DNA from: a virus
Lineage: Duplodnaviria > Caudoviricetes
DNA length: 48,339 nt
Virus record (IMG/VR): IMGVR_UViG_3300034008_000044
Coordinates: 1-48,339 of that record
Reading direction: 5' to 3' (one strand)
The translations under genes and the position numbers were made by a program. The notes beneath the pieces were generated by a model. That model saw only the letters and a program-made list of their open reading frames with translations. It searched no databases and was not told the DNA's origin. Shown piece after piece: positions 27,201 to 34,495 of this stretch. How positions within the stretch are numbered: the stretch's first letter is position 1; every line of letters begins with the position of its first letter.

Positions 27201-28261
27201 CTGGAGCGATCAGCCGCTCACTCACATACCGCATCGAGCGGACCGGAGCCATGACCAAATCTGTCAGCTATAGCATCCGAAAATCTGCCGCCATCACGAA
27301 AGTCCTGGACTATGAGATCCGGGCAGCCAGGAACGTCAGCCGGGCGCTATCCTACCGGGTCGAGCTGTCTGCCGCTATATCCAGGAGCCTGGCATATCAG
27401 ATCCGAAAAGCTGGAGCCATCACGAAGTCCATGCGCTATGATGTCCGGGCAAGAAACACGGTCAGCAAGTCGCTGCGGTACACGGTGAAAGCTCCGGCCG
27501 CCATATCCAGGGCGCTGACATACCGCATCGAAAAAGCTGCCGCCGTCACCCGATCCATGGCGTACTCAGTCAAGGCTCCGGCCGCTATCACCAGGGCGCT
27601 GCGCTATACTATCGAGCAGCCTGAGAATATCAGCCGGGCGCTGAGCTATCGGATCCGGACCATCCGCCATACATCCAGGCCGCTGGCATATGATATCCGG
27701 ACCGTGACTGCCATCACCAAGGGCCTGAACTACCGCATCGAGCGGGCTGCGACAATCGGCCGCTCACTCAAATACTCGACCACCACGGGCGCCATGCTCA
27801 TGACCAAACCACTGCGCTACTCAGTCGAGCGGGTCCAGACTATCGCCAAGGCGCTGCGGTACGTCACGCTGCGGCAGCCTGTCATCGGCAAAGCCCTGTC
27901 ATATCAAAATGTACGACATATCAATAAGTCGAAAGGGCTGGCATATAACATCCGCCAGGCGACAACCATATCCAAGCAGATGGCCTACCAGGTGGCGATC
28001 CAGACCGTGGTCAGCCGGGCGCTGCAGTATCGGATACTCAGCCGCCGCATCCTCAGCGATGCCCTGATATATGCCGTCCTGATACCGCCGACAGTCAGCG
28101 GCAAGCTGAGCATGGGCCAGCGACCTGACCGCCTGCCGCTCGGATCCAATGCTCCGTTCGTCACTATCCGCCAGGACCGGAACAGCCTGCTGATATCAAA
28201 CGGCAAGCAGACATCAGTCATGGATATAAGTCAACAAAGCAATAGCATAATGCTACAATAA
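21260..28261 (+). CDS. 2333-aa putative fibre/adhesin: beta domains, GH16-like and LamG-like domains, ~75 basic 14-15-aa repeats
   Basis: EIDMME (ExDxxE) motif; LamG-like RLYVDG..LYVGG..IYDYALT; repeats [ST][KR]xLxYx[IV][RK]. Confidence 0.75.
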   Translation: MPAPLFQAVSNAAGHSATTGALAVAWPAHLIHDVALLFIETNGGAASPTLSVPAGFALLGTIQTTGTGTAGTKIAVYWCRATSNAMATPTIAASTDHLFAVMVTYRGVIRTGNPWNATAGGVKATASTSATLSAVTTTVADSLIVLGIAGDLDAAGAWVTGITNANLTGITERFDQGTASGLGGKLGVYTGTKATAGSTGTSAATVTSSINAFITIALTPEPTRALASTVLDNYNDNTISNLWDTVTYSNNAASTTELNSMMTLTHPNLTYNTVLTASEYSLLANNFYVEVVDAGNQTYVSHSAQILVYLDANNKIWLEAAGGNLQAFRNVAGVQTQVGTGIAYSNTTMRWWRIQESGGNITFWTAPDNGAGAPGTWVQRFVALALPFPITSVRIGMVSGNWQSEVGGSYATYNNFNGGGEPTLDTFMWMGRRWQKRPSYKPGDPMYNGQWSVDNIIEPDVNGYIKLRVSNAAGNSPIGSEMYTVDRGFGYGVYESVVEGGDLTTLHKSAVFGGMYTYDEQTLPTNNEIDMMETSAWGNALDPIGLFHTYFINTAGAKVSVEDRVDIPANSLLYHRMIWMPTKIIWESYIGTDYTGTLIFRTERTTNIPVPATERVHFNFWMFGGNGGTPATMTQRDVTVRSWAFTPVQKLPYRQVKALKYDLSVQTDLYYFDGHTAINDPGAKWGADASAFDNSTTSGSFLQEATAVGSATTDYLEGKGTTAPATSSRTISQVRVRAYGYQTNGFFNLEGKIYKAGGAELLGTIAFNTGQPPTGNLGAWTTLSAPTGGWTAAAVRDLETRLYYPNAFTPDLYAPGVNYVEVEVTSYSGTQATQVQATKSLAYRIRKSQTALTKSARYTIRRPATAITKSVKYTIRKAATALTKSLRYAAKVTRGPAQAFSLLTYTGSNGKLIPVDLSATNAVSFVFDMDYTPVGSAFSGMALELSTNSNISNGGFFFAPTSEFDGSQLELLEHGTSGYNVWQAPRRSAGLHRYVIVVDRSQTGAPFRLYVDGLAVTLTQHASYTADNNNNFTNEGLYVGGRATTSNFIIAGISDPLIYDYALTGTQAAAFSAATAPQKALQYAISQVVVTATIIGKSAAYSLRKPLSLTKSMRYAIRRPASAITRSIQYAIKRPATALTRSVSYRIKRPATAVTKQLKYSVRTVSAAISKGLTYRAERIYSVAKSVQYVTRKQISASKTLQYTVRRPVVALTKGIQYTVRRPAAALSKSINYQVKRPAAAVTRSVQYAVEKASSLSKSFKYSVRRPATAISKSTSYQVRRSAAAVTKSLQYATERAATIAKPVRYATRQTQAVISKGVQYRIRLASGITTKALGYELAFITVVALGLKYSIFRVQNITKSLQYITRRTSVIGRPLQYVTRRQPTISKGLQYATERPVAISKQVRYAVERTGISISRSLAYATRPAVTQAKQLRYVIRRPASIARSLRYTIERPASIARSMTYRIRTTPGAISRSMRYATRIAGVSITRSMAYSIDLPTVILTKALAYYIRKAPALSKPLRYALRPVTTVTKPLSYTIRAGRGVTRSLAYAVRRPAAAVTKEITYRIRRPASAVTKTIDYDVKAPKAVTKSLRYQVRTTAAAITKPIRYATERVTTSAKGLQYVIKKPIALSKQFNYRIRAAANVTKPLQYAVEKSLAITRPLRYAVAPAYGISKGVAYIVRPSYRIGKTLHYGLRTGSGSGGGSQTLMLTVDGDGFHTTGWRSEGGDWTRLTSDDGDTSRLYSPSSGDLATFTVTNPVLPAGATISSLTVYYKVKKLDPVDGLSRLLLRVSGTTYDTANHNPTTAGVYQLFSNTWNQNPANGQAWTAAALNDIEIGMKKENSAGQAVTYMYAVVTYTAPVNKVTTMMSKALQYVVQGTSTQLTTKPMAYRVRRSIPISKALRYATERPTAITRSLQYTVRKAITTTRPLRYQVEKVQAISKALRYQVRTTGAAITKPVSYSVRKGIAVTRSIKYTIRRTPGAISRSLTYRIERTGAMTKSVSYSIRKSAAITKVLDYEIRAARNVSRALSYRVELSAAISRSLAYQIRKAGAITKSMRYDVRARNTVSKSLRYTVKAPAAISRALTYRIEKAAAVTRSMAYSVKAPAAITRALRYTIEQPENISRALSYRIRTIRHTSRPLAYDIRTVTAITKGLNYRIERAATIGRSLKYSTTTGAMLMTKPLRYSVERVQTIAKALRYVTLRQPVIGKALSYQNVRHINKSKGLAYNIRQATTISKQMAYQVAIQTVVSRALQYRILSRRILSDALIYAVLIPPTVSGKLSMGQRPDRLPLGSNAPFVTIRQDRNSLLISNGKQTSVMDISQQSNSIMLQ

Positions 28262-28269
28262 GGAGAACT

Positions 28270-29214
28270 ATGGCACTGACACTCAATATCGAAAACTTTT
28301 CACGGAACAACCTGGGTGAGCGGGCAAAGGTCGCCAGGGATGCGGCCAAGGGAATATCCACGTTCATCATCGATAACGCCCAGGGCATCACGCCGGACAG
28401 TTTCATCCTGCTCGGAGCCATCGGCGGCAGCATGAGCCGTATATACCAGGTCCAGGCGGTCGACGGCGAGAACATCACGCTGACCGAGGGCCTGCATGCG
28501 CCGCTCAGCCGTGGCACTGAGATCACCAGGCTATTCGGAAATAAGATCAAGGTGTACAGCGCTCCATTCCTGCCAGGCGTCATCCCTCAGACCAGTGACT
28601 TCACGCCGCTGCCGGATGGACTTATCGACCTGGATCCTGACCAGCTGTCCACTGAGTACACCGATCAAAACGGCAGTGAGCTGTTCTGGTACCGATACAC
28701 CTATCGCAACAGCGTCACCGACGGCGAAACACCACTGAGCGACAGCCAGGCCGTCCGGGATAATCGGACCGCCAACTATGCCACCCTGGAAGATATCCGG
28801 GGCGAAGCAGGCTTTGATGGCAATAGCTACATCACCGACTTCATGGTGGACCGCAAGCGCCAGGCTGCCCAGGCTGAGATCAATGGCGCCCTGACTGGCA
28901 AATATGTCGTTCCATTTGTCCAGCCCGTCAGTCCTATCGTGTCCGACCTGACGATCCGCCTGGCTGCGGGCCTGCTAATGCTCGATGAGTTCGGCAAGTA
29001 TGACAGCAGCGACAAGTCCAGGGCTGAGGCCAAGCTCAAAATGGCCCGTGAGGATCTGAAGATGTACCAGACTGGCGAGCGGGCTATCATCGACGCCCAG
29101 GGTATCGACACCACGAAGAACGACGGCGGCGGGTTCAGCTCCGGGTTCAGTGCCGACAGCCCTCAGATGTTCACCAAGTCACTGGTCGACCGGACTGGAC
29201 CGGACCGCTACTAA
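28270..29214 (+). CDS. Head-tail adaptor (Mu gp36/DUF1320-like C-terminus with an extra N-terminal domain)
   Basis: YATLEDIR..AQAEINGALTGKYVVPF..RLAAGLL. Confidence 0.7.
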   Translation: MALTLNIENFSRNNLGERAKVARDAAKGISTFIIDNAQGITPDSFILLGAIGGSMSRIYQVQAVDGENITLTEGLHAPLSRGTEITRLFGNKIKVYSAPFLPGVIPQTSDFTPLPDGLIDLDPDQLSTEYTDQNGSELFWYRYTYRNSVTDGETPLSDSQAVRDNRTANYATLEDIRGEAGFDGNSYITDFMVDRKRQAAQAEINGALTGKYVVPFVQPVSPIVSDLTIRLAAGLLMLDEFGKYDSSDKSRAEAKLKMAREDLKMYQTGERAIIDAQGIDTTKNDGGGFSSGFSADSPQMFTKSLVDRTGPDRY

Positions 29215-29687
29215 TGAACAATATGCGGGTCACAGTCACCATCACGGGCGATGCTGAGGAAATAGCACGGTTCCAAAAGCTGGGCCGCTCACTGACTGAC
29301 TACTCCGGAGCCATGCGATCCATCGGCAAGGATCTGAAAACATACTATGGCAGCCAGCCATTCGCATCCGAGGGCGGCGTCCTGGGCCAGACCTGGCGGG
29401 AGCTGTCACCCGTATATCGCAAATGGAAAGGGCGGCATTATCCTGGCAAGGGTATCCTGGTCGCATCCGGCGGGCTGAAGTCCAGTTTCCGCTCCAAGAC
29501 CACAAAGAACAGCGCCACCATCGACAACACGAAAATGGTCGGCAGCCATAACTTGCTCGACATCCACCAGAATGGCCGGGGCCGAAACCCAAAGCGTCCG
29601 GTACTGCTGGTCAATGATGACGTCACCGCCATCGTTCACGATGCCATAGAGGATGATATCAAGCGCAAACTGAAAGAGGTATCCTGA
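29214..29687 (+). CDS. Virion morphogenesis protein (Mu gpG-like)
   Basis: WRELSPVY..ILVASGGLKSS..HQNG..PKRPVL. Confidence 0.8.
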   Translation: MNNMRVTVTITGDAEEIARFQKLGRSLTDYSGAMRSIGKDLKTYYGSQPFASEGGVLGQTWRELSPVYRKWKGRHYPGKGILVASGGLKSSFRSKTTKNSATIDNTKMVGSHNLLDIHQNGRGRNPKRPVLLVNDDVTAIVHDAIEDDIKRKLKEVS

Positions 29688-30202
29688 TGGATGACACTAC
29701 CACCTATTATAAGGACCCGCCCAAGCTGATCTGCGAGCTGATGGAAGACACGTTCGGCGATAAGTTCCGGGGCTACTACCTGGGATCACCGCTGCGGCTG
29801 CCGGAAACGGGATATCCCTGCATCGTGGTCCAGGCGATATCCGCCAATAACTCTATCAGCCGGGCCGCCACCGGGCAGGACTTTGTCACTGAGCAGATCA
29901 ATATACACTTCCTATACAACGCCGACACGGATGCCCAGGCCCGTGATACTCAGGACACTACCGTCCGCCGCCTATACCAGCAGGTCCAGGGCCGGGATCC
30001 TGATACCGGGTTCTATATGACGGGGTCAGCGATGCATGCGCTCCGGTCCAATCTGGACCTGGGCGGCACGGTCATCAATCATGACATAGATATCAACTAT
30101 GACGTCACCCGTGAGCCTGGGCTGCCGACGATTGTCGAGGGTATCATCACCCTAGTGACTGAGGAAAGGGTGGCAGTGCCGGATAGAATAGCACAAGCAT
30201 AA
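29687..30202 (+). CDS. Tail terminator/completion protein (putative)
   Basis: Position before the tail tube; YPCIVV. Confidence 0.6.
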   Translation: MDDTTTYYKDPPKLICELMEDTFGDKFRGYYLGSPLRLPETGYPCIVVQAISANNSISRAATGQDFVTEQINIHFLYNADTDAQARDTQDTTVRRLYQQVQGRDPDTGFYMTGSAMHALRSNLDLGGTVINHDIDINYDVTREPGLPTIVEGIITLVTEERVAVPDRIAQA

Positions 30203-30241
30203 TTGACAAACGTAAGCAATATCAAGATAATGAGGAATAGC

Positions 30242-30484
30242 ATGAGCGCAATTTATACCTATAAAACCAGGAACGGAGTGCAGACAGGCTTCATCCCTGG
30301 CGCTGGCGAGATATCTCAGGGTGTCATCAGATCAGCGGTACCAATCGAAAACCCGAACCTGGAGCTGGTATCGGACACTGGACAGGCGCCAGTGGTCGGC
30401 ACTGTCACCCAGGCCCAAAGTAACCCGGCACTAAACCAAACGGCAGGCCCGCAGCAGCCGACTAACACAGGAGTACAATCATAA
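30242..30484 (+). CDS. Hypothetical protein
   Basis: GAGGA RBS; promoter TTGACA-N17-GATAAT upstream. Confidence 0.6.
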   Translation: MSAIYTYKTRNGVQTGFIPGAGEISQGVIRSAVPIENPNLELVSDTGQAPVVGTVTQAQSNPALNQTAGPQQPTNTGVQS

Positions 30485-31683
30485 TGTCAGCCCGTTTATC
30501 CAACAAAGGGTATCTGTTAATCGGTCGCCAGACCAATCCGAATACACCCGTGGCGGCCACCATCGGAGTGCCGCTATATGATGAGAGTATCAACACGAAC
30601 GGAAACTTCCAGGACCTAGCGCCTGCGTTCGGCAGCAAGTTCGCCACTCACTCGACGGTGCCAGGACTGCGCTCACATACTGGTGAGATCACCTGCATGG
30701 CAGAAGCCAACACTGCCGCCTACCTGCTCGATGGCCTATACACCAAGGGCGCCGGAGTAAACAATGCAGGCATCTATACCTGGCCGTACACCCTGGGCGA
30801 CAACTCAGCCAGCCATACATATGACATATCCCTGGACAACATCGTCAAGCGATATTGGGGTGTCCACATCTCAGCGATCTCACCAGAGTGGGATAGTAAC
30901 GAAATGCAGTTCAAGCTCAGCATTCACGCCCTGGGTTCATTCGAGGGCCGTGAGATCCTGTCCATCACTGGATCCGGACCGTACACGATAGTCTTTAAGG
31001 ATCCGGGCGGCATCTATGACGGCGCTCCAACCAAGGGTCTGCTAGTCGGTGACCTCATCCGGTTCTTCGACGTATCGGCTGGCACCAATGTCGACGGCGC
31101 TGTCACGGCAGTCACCAACGGCACCACCATCACATGTACTGCAGTCGCAGCCCTGACCGCATATGCAGCAGGCGATATGATCCACCTGCGACCAGCATCT
31201 CCAGTATTCAACAATGTCCAGCCGTTCCTATGGAGCAAGACACGGTTCCAGTTCGGCGCTACCGCTGCCGCAGCCCTGTCTGCTACTCATACACCAGTCG
31301 AGCCAGGCTCCAGCTGGGAACTGACCCATCAGTTTGCTGAGGAAAACGGCGCCCCCCGCAGTGGCTCATTCGATCCTGCTACCCTGGACCGGACTACCGG
31401 CAACGTATCCCTGACCGTCAAGAAACTGACTGACACCCCTGAGGACTTGCTTGCTTTCAAGAACATGGCAAAGTCTGCCGCAGTAGTCCGTCACTTCGCT
31501 GGCCCTGCCAATGAGTATGAGCTGCGGATCACCTACAATGCACTGGTCACTGACACGCCGCTCGGCAACGTAAAAGCGGGCGACCTGATATTCAGCGAGG
31601 TCAGCTATCACACTAACTATAATCAGACCGACAGCCAGGCATTCGACGTAAAAGTCCTGAACGCCCTGGCCGCCACATCATAG
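30484..31683 (+). CDS. Major tail tube protein with an inserted domain
   Basis: Position before the chaperone and TMP; 399 aa. Confidence 0.7.
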   Translation: MSARLSNKGYLLIGRQTNPNTPVAATIGVPLYDESINTNGNFQDLAPAFGSKFATHSTVPGLRSHTGEITCMAEANTAAYLLDGLYTKGAGVNNAGIYTWPYTLGDNSASHTYDISLDNIVKRYWGVHISAISPEWDSNEMQFKLSIHALGSFEGREILSITGSGPYTIVFKDPGGIYDGAPTKGLLVGDLIRFFDVSAGTNVDGAVTAVTNGTTITCTAVAALTAYAAGDMIHLRPASPVFNNVQPFLWSKTRFQFGATAAAALSATHTPVEPGSSWELTHQFAEENGAPRSGSFDPATLDRTTGNVSLTVKKLTDTPEDLLAFKNMAKSAAVVRHFAGPANEYELRITYNALVTDTPLGNVKAGDLIFSEVSYHTNYNQTDSQAFDVKVLNALAATS

Positions 31684-31690
31684 GAGCCAT

Positions 31691-32077
31691 ATGCCTACAC
31701 TAGGACAAATTGAAACCACAAAGCTCGACCTGCCATCCACGGCGGGTCAGCCGGAGAGTGAGCAGGCTCATGTCATCGTCAAGACCAAGCTGGTCATCGG
31801 CGACCTGCTGGCTATCAACGAAGCCAAGACCGACACCGAGCGGGGCGTGGTCCTACTGACCCGCATCATCGCAGATTGGAACTTTACCAAGAACGGCGCC
31901 CCGGTACCTGTCACGGTGGAAAGCATCGAACAGCTGGCGCCTGAGGACTTTGTATTCCTCAGTGAGTGGGTCGGCGCTAACCTGACCGACAGTCTGGCAG
32001 GTCTGTCTAAAGACGAAAAAAAAGACTTATCCTCGCCCTCGACACCGGATCAGCCCAGCCACCAAGTGACTATCTGA
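31691..32077 (+). CDS. Tail assembly chaperone (gpG-like)
   Basis: IIADWNF..PVPVTVESIEQL; slippery A run near the 3' end. Confidence 0.8.
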   Translation: MPTLGQIETTKLDLPSTAGQPESEQAHVIVKTKLVIGDLLAINEAKTDTERGVVLLTRIIADWNFTKNGAPVPVTVESIEQLAPEDFVFLSEWVGANLTDSLAGLSKDEKKDLSSPSTPDQPSHQVTI

Positions 32078-32232
32078 TATACCAGTATATGCGGCTGATG
32101 CATCGGCCATACGACGAGGTGGTGGCGATGGACATCAGGGTGGTGACCAGACATATGCAGTACAGGGATATCGAAAACCAAGTAAAAGAAATGAAGCAAG
32201 AAAAGCAGCGACATGCCCAGCCTAAGCGGTAA
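31691..32232 (+). CDS. Tail assembly chaperone, -1 frameshift product (gpGT-like)
   Basis: A AAA AAA at 32017-32023; the -1 frame is open (RLILALDTG..HAQPKR) to TAA 32232. Confidence 0.75.
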
Positions 32233-34495
32233 CAATATCCATGTAAAGGTATCGACATCAGCCGACACTGATGGCATCGACAAAGCCGAACGCTCCATCC
32301 AAAGCCTGGGCGCCCGTGGTGGTGCGATGGCTGGCGTCATGGCCGGGGCTGTCGCTGCTGGCGCTGCTGCTGCTGCCACTGGCATCGCAGCCCTGGGCGT
32401 CGCATCATATAAGTCGGTCACCGCATTCGCCGACTTCGAACAATCGCTCAACGTATTCAAGTCCGTATCCGGCGCCACTGCAGCGCAGATGACCCAGGTC
32501 ACGGCTGTCGCCAAACAGCTGGGCAAGGACATCAGCCTGCCAGGTGTATCCGCCAAGGATGCGTCATATGCCATGGTAGAACTCGCCAAATCAGGGCTGT
32601 CGGTCCAGGACAGTCTAGGCGCTGCCAAGGGCGTCTTATCACTCGCAAAAGCTGGACAGCTCGACGTCGCTGACGCTGCATCCATCGCAGCCAACGCCCT
32701 CAATGCTTTCGGCCTGAAAGGTACCGACGCCAACAAGGTCGCCGACATCCTGGCAGGTGGCGCCAACTCATCCAGTGCCAGCGTCAATGACCTGGCCTAT
32801 GCGCTGCAGATGGCATCCGCATCCGCCGCCCGCATGAACATCCCGCTCGGCGATACTGTCACCGCCCTGGGCCTATTCGCAAACAACGGCATCGCCGGAT
32901 CTGATGCGGGTACGTCACTCAAAACGATGCTGGCCCGCCTGGTACCGACTACTGAGGAACAGAGCAAAGCCATGAAAGCCCTGGGTCTGGACTTCTTTGA
33001 TGCCAAGGGAAACTTCATCGGCCTGAAAGACACCGCCACCATGCTGCAGCAAAAGCTGGGCGGCCTATCCCAGGAGCAGCGTGAGCTGGCGATCAATACC
33101 ATATTCGGATCCGACGCCAGCCGTGCAGCCGGGATCCTGGCGAAAGAGGGAGCCGCTGGTTTCGATGCCATGTCTGCCGGAGTGAACCGGGCCAACGCTG
33201 CCACTGAGCTGGCAGCCGCTCAAAACTCCGGACTGAAAGGCGCCCTGGAGAACATCCGCAGCATCGTGGAAACCCTATCGATATCATTCGGTGAAAAGCT
33301 GGCGCCATATGTCCAGCGGGTTGCCGACTACCTGGGCCGCAATCTGGATCCTGCCGCCCGCCGTGTATGGGATACGTTCAAGCTATTCGTGGACATCATC
33401 CAGTCCGCAGCCAACATCATCGGCAGCGTCCTGGGTCCACGGCTCAGTGAGCTGCATGGACAGGTGAGCGGCGCTGTCGCTCCAGTCATCCAGGACTTGC
33501 TCAACAAGTTCCGGGAACTCAGTCCAGTGGTCCAGCTGATGACCAGCCCGCTGCTGACGCTCATCACCAACTTCAGCAATCTGAGGAACTGGTGTATCGA
33601 ACTCAAAAACCAGGTGGCATCACTATGGGCGACGCTCAGCCAGTCCACGATCTTCATTATCATCGCTCAGTATGTCCAGCAGGTCCTAGTTCCGGCGTTC
33701 ATGTCCTACTATAACGCCATCATGCAGAACCTCATGCCAGCCCTGCGGCAGCTATGGGAAAGCCTGCAGCGTCTATGGAACGCCCTGAACCCAGCACTGA
33801 CATATGCCCTCATCGCCGTGGCCGGGATCATCGGCGGCCTGTTCATGGCAGTATTATGGGCAGCCTACTCAGTCCTAAATATCCTGATCCAGGCGTTTGC
33901 CATGGTGGTCAGCGCCATATCCAATGTCATCAACTGGATATCGAACCTCATCGCCTGGTTCGGCAATCTGGTCGGCGTCGTATGGAACGCCATCGGCAGC
34001 ATCATCACCATATTCCGGAACCTGATACCCGCAGCGCAGACCGTCCTGTCACTGGTCGCCAGCCTATTCGGTGGCCTGGGCGGGATGATCCTGAACGCCC
34101 TGGGTAACCTGGGCAGCCTGCTATATAACGCTGGAAAGTCACTCATCAGCGGCTTGGTCAAGGGTATCAATGACCAGTTCGCCAGCATCGGCAGCAGCAT
34201 CACGGGCGGCATCAAGGGCGCCCTGAAAGCTGCGAAGATACCAGGCTTTTCGAGCGGTGGATATACGGGCGCCGGATCCAAGGATGAGGTCGCTGGTGTC
34301 GTTCACCGTGGTGAGTATGTGGTTCCCAAGGACCAGGTGGATCAGGCGACTGGACTGCCCAAGGGCATGGGCGGCGGCGGTGGCATCACTATCAACTTTA
34401 ACGGTCCGGCATATATGCGGACTAATGACGAAGCTGAAAACACTGGCCGCATCCTGGCCCGGCAGTTGTCAGCAGCACGGGCGGGGTCATTCTAA
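32213..34495 (+). CDS. Tape measure protein
   Basis: TP901-type TMP core (GIAGSDAGTSLKTML, IFGSDA); aromatic-spaced helical repeats. Confidence 0.92.
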   Translation: MPSLSGNNIHVKVSTSADTDGIDKAERSIQSLGARGGAMAGVMAGAVAAGAAAAATGIAALGVASYKSVTAFADFEQSLNVFKSVSGATAAQMTQVTAVAKQLGKDISLPGVSAKDASYAMVELAKSGLSVQDSLGAAKGVLSLAKAGQLDVADAASIAANALNAFGLKGTDANKVADILAGGANSSSASVNDLAYALQMASASAARMNIPLGDTVTALGLFANNGIAGSDAGTSLKTMLARLVPTTEEQSKAMKALGLDFFDAKGNFIGLKDTATMLQQKLGGLSQEQRELAINTIFGSDASRAAGILAKEGAAGFDAMSAGVNRANAATELAAAQNSGLKGALENIRSIVETLSISFGEKLAPYVQRVADYLGRNLDPAARRVWDTFKLFVDIIQSAANIIGSVLGPRLSELHGQVSGAVAPVIQDLLNKFRELSPVVQLMTSPLLTLITNFSNLRNWCIELKNQVASLWATLSQSTIFIIIAQYVQQVLVPAFMSYYNAIMQNLMPALRQLWESLQRLWNALNPALTYALIAVAGIIGGLFMAVLWAAYSVLNILIQAFAMVVSAISNVINWISNLIAWFGNLVGVVWNAIGSIITIFRNLIPAAQTVLSLVASLFGGLGGMILNALGNLGSLLYNAGKSLISGLVKGINDQFASIGSSITGGIKGALKAAKIPGFSSGGYTGAGSKDEVAGVVHRGEYVVPKDQVDQATGLPKGMGGGGGITINFNGPAYMRTNDEAENTGRILARQLSAARAGSF

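Noticed and set aside
23750-28090. Possible CRISPR array or DGR template/variable repeats
   Set aside because: The repeats are protein-level and degenerate in DNA. There are no identical repeat-spacer units, no reverse transcriptase and no adenine-specific pair.
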